Shown in pieces: positions 62,126-64,000 of a stretch of 64,000 bases of DNA. Position 1 is the stretch's first letter, and the number at the start of each line of letters is the position of its first letter. The position numbers were made by a program, and so were the translations under genes. The DNA comes from Laetmonice hystrix (taxonomy: Eukaryota): NCBI GenBank assembly GCA_965235115.1, contig OZ249436.1, positions 4,466,001 through 4,530,000 on the forward strand, read 5' to 3'. The notes under the pieces are model-generated. The model had not been told where the DNA came from and did not search any database. It saw only the letters and a program-made list of their open reading frames with translations.

Positions 62126-62401
62126 CGTTCACACTTGGCCGATATCGGCCGCGATGTGTCCCAATATGACATTGGTGTGATTGGGGATCACATTTGGAAA
62201 TATTGGCACGACATCGGGAAGGTAGAAGAGATCGCAGTGACATCAGGGAATTTTTGAACATGTTCAAAAATCTCAGAGTTACTGAGTCGGGGTGACATCG
62301 GGTTGACATCGGGGTGACATCGGCGTGACATGGGGGGGGGGGACATCGGCACTATCACATCGGGACGCATCTGTTTGCCATCGGCCATGTGTGAACGGGC
62401 C
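62126..62401. mobile_element. MITE-like element
   Basis: Inverted ends cgttcacacttggccgat / atcggccatgtgtgaacg. Confidence 0.6.
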
Positions 62402-63612
62402 TTCATTAGAGTTACTCCAAGTCTGATACAGCTGCTCCACCTATATGTGAACGGACCTTCATTCTCATAGAGTTACTCCAAGTCTGATACAGCTGCTCCA
62501 CCTATATGTGAACGGACCTTCATTCTCATATAGAGTTACTCCAAGCCTGATACAGCTGCTCCACCTATATGTGAACGGACCTTCATTCTCATAGAGTTAC
62601 ACCAAGTCTGACCCAGCTGCTCCACCTATATGTGAACGGACCTTCATTCTCATATAGTTACTCCAAGTCTGATACAGCTGCTCCACCTATATGTGAACGG
62701 ACCTTCATTCTCATAGAGTTACTCCAAGTCTGATACAGCTGCTCCACCTATATGTGAACGGACCTTCATTCTCATAGAGAGTTACTCCAAGTCTGATACA
62801 GCTGCTCCACCTATATGTGAACGGGCCTTCATTCTCATATAGAGTTACTCCAAGTCTGATACAGCTGCTCCACCTATATGTGAACGGTCCTTCATTCTCA
62901 TATAGACTTACTCCAAGTCTGATACAGCTGCTCCACCTATATGTGAACGGACCTTCATTCTCATATAGAGTTACTCCAAGCTTGATACAGCTGCTCCACC
63001 TATATGTGAACGGGCCTTCATTCTCATATAGAGTTACTCCAAGTCTGATACAGCTGCTCCACCTATATGTGAACGGACCTTCATTCTCATATAGAGTTAC
63101 ACCAAGGACACCAAGTCTGATACAGCTGCTCCACCTATATGTGAACGGGCCTTCATTCTCATATAGAGTTACTCCAAGTCTGATACAGCTGCTCCACCTA
63201 TATGTGAACGGGCCTTCATTCTCATATAGAGTTACTCCAAGTCTGATACAGCTGCTCCACCTATATGTGAACGGACCTTCATTCTCATATAGAGTTACTC
63301 CAAGTCTGATACAGCTGCTCCACCTATATGTGAACGGACCTTCATTCTCATATAGGCTTACTCCAAGTCTGATACAGCTGCTCCACCGGCCTATATGTGA
63401 ACGGACCTTCATTCTCATATAGAGTTACTCCAAGTCTGATACAGCTGCTCCACCTATATGTGAACGGACCTTCATTCTCATATAGAGTTACTCCAAGTCT
63501 GATACAGCTGCTCCACCTATATGTGAACGGACCTTCATTCTCATATAGACTTACTCCAAGTCTGATACAGCTGCCCCACCTATATGTGAACGGACCTTCA
63601 GAGTTACTCCAA
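62388..63612. repeat. 63/59-bp minisatellite (~20 copies)
   Basis: Unit agagttactccaagtctgatacagctgctccacctatatgtgaacggaccttcattctcatat. Confidence 0.95.
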
Positions 63613-64000
63613 GTTTTCGGGTTTTTTTTCTCCCTTTATTTTATCTCTTTTCTCTGCTTTCTTCTTCATCATCAACATTTAAGCAATTTTGTCGAAAAGA
63701 AGGCCTCGTCATATTGGTCGCCCTGCCAAATATCTTGCCGTCCCCTTTCATACACAGACTTACGGGCGTATCCAGAAATATCCAGTTAAGGGGGGTTTCC
63801 TAAGTTTAGGTACTTCAGAGATGGCCTTAGGCCATGCTCCTCTGGGAACTTAAATAAAGACATAACAAATGAAATCCCAGAACGTCTTGTTTGGAAATAT
63901 GAAAATTTCCTTTGGTTAAAATAATGCACTTTTTTCACTCCTGTTTTACAAGAATGTGGTGATGCTGAAGGATGGTACGTCCACAGTTTATGCCCGAATC

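Noticed and set aside
60172..63789. Repetitive ORFs of 130-235 aa
   Set aside because: Translations of the 41-bp and 63-bp satellites, with no splice or homology support.

Overview
Eukaryotic, intron-rich genomic DNA (GT-AG introns, MITEs, minisatellites); the style suggests an invertebrate animal, but the species cannot be read from the sequence. I built five multi-exon genes by hand, and they look like SPFH/Band-7 (prohibitin/stomatin/HflK-C superfamily) membrane proteins. Four are minus-strand paralogs (A partial, B, C, D) with the same exon layout; B, C and D carry a six-cysteine insertion in the SPFH domain, and A shows the start of it at the window edge. The fifth (E) is a divergent plus-strand gene lying head-to-head with D and lacks the insertion. 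A GT31 beta-1,3-galactosyltransferase-like gene with a degenerate DxD motif follows. The most striking pattern is that about 15 different tandem arrays sit at exon boundaries of the SPFH genes, many built from the adjacent splice site, start codon or stop codon. These include in-frame acceptor-plus-exon duplications, about 100 decoy acceptors, 10 copies of a start exon, and a stop-codon satellite that gained AATAAA. Family assignments come from motif recognition only; no database search was run.
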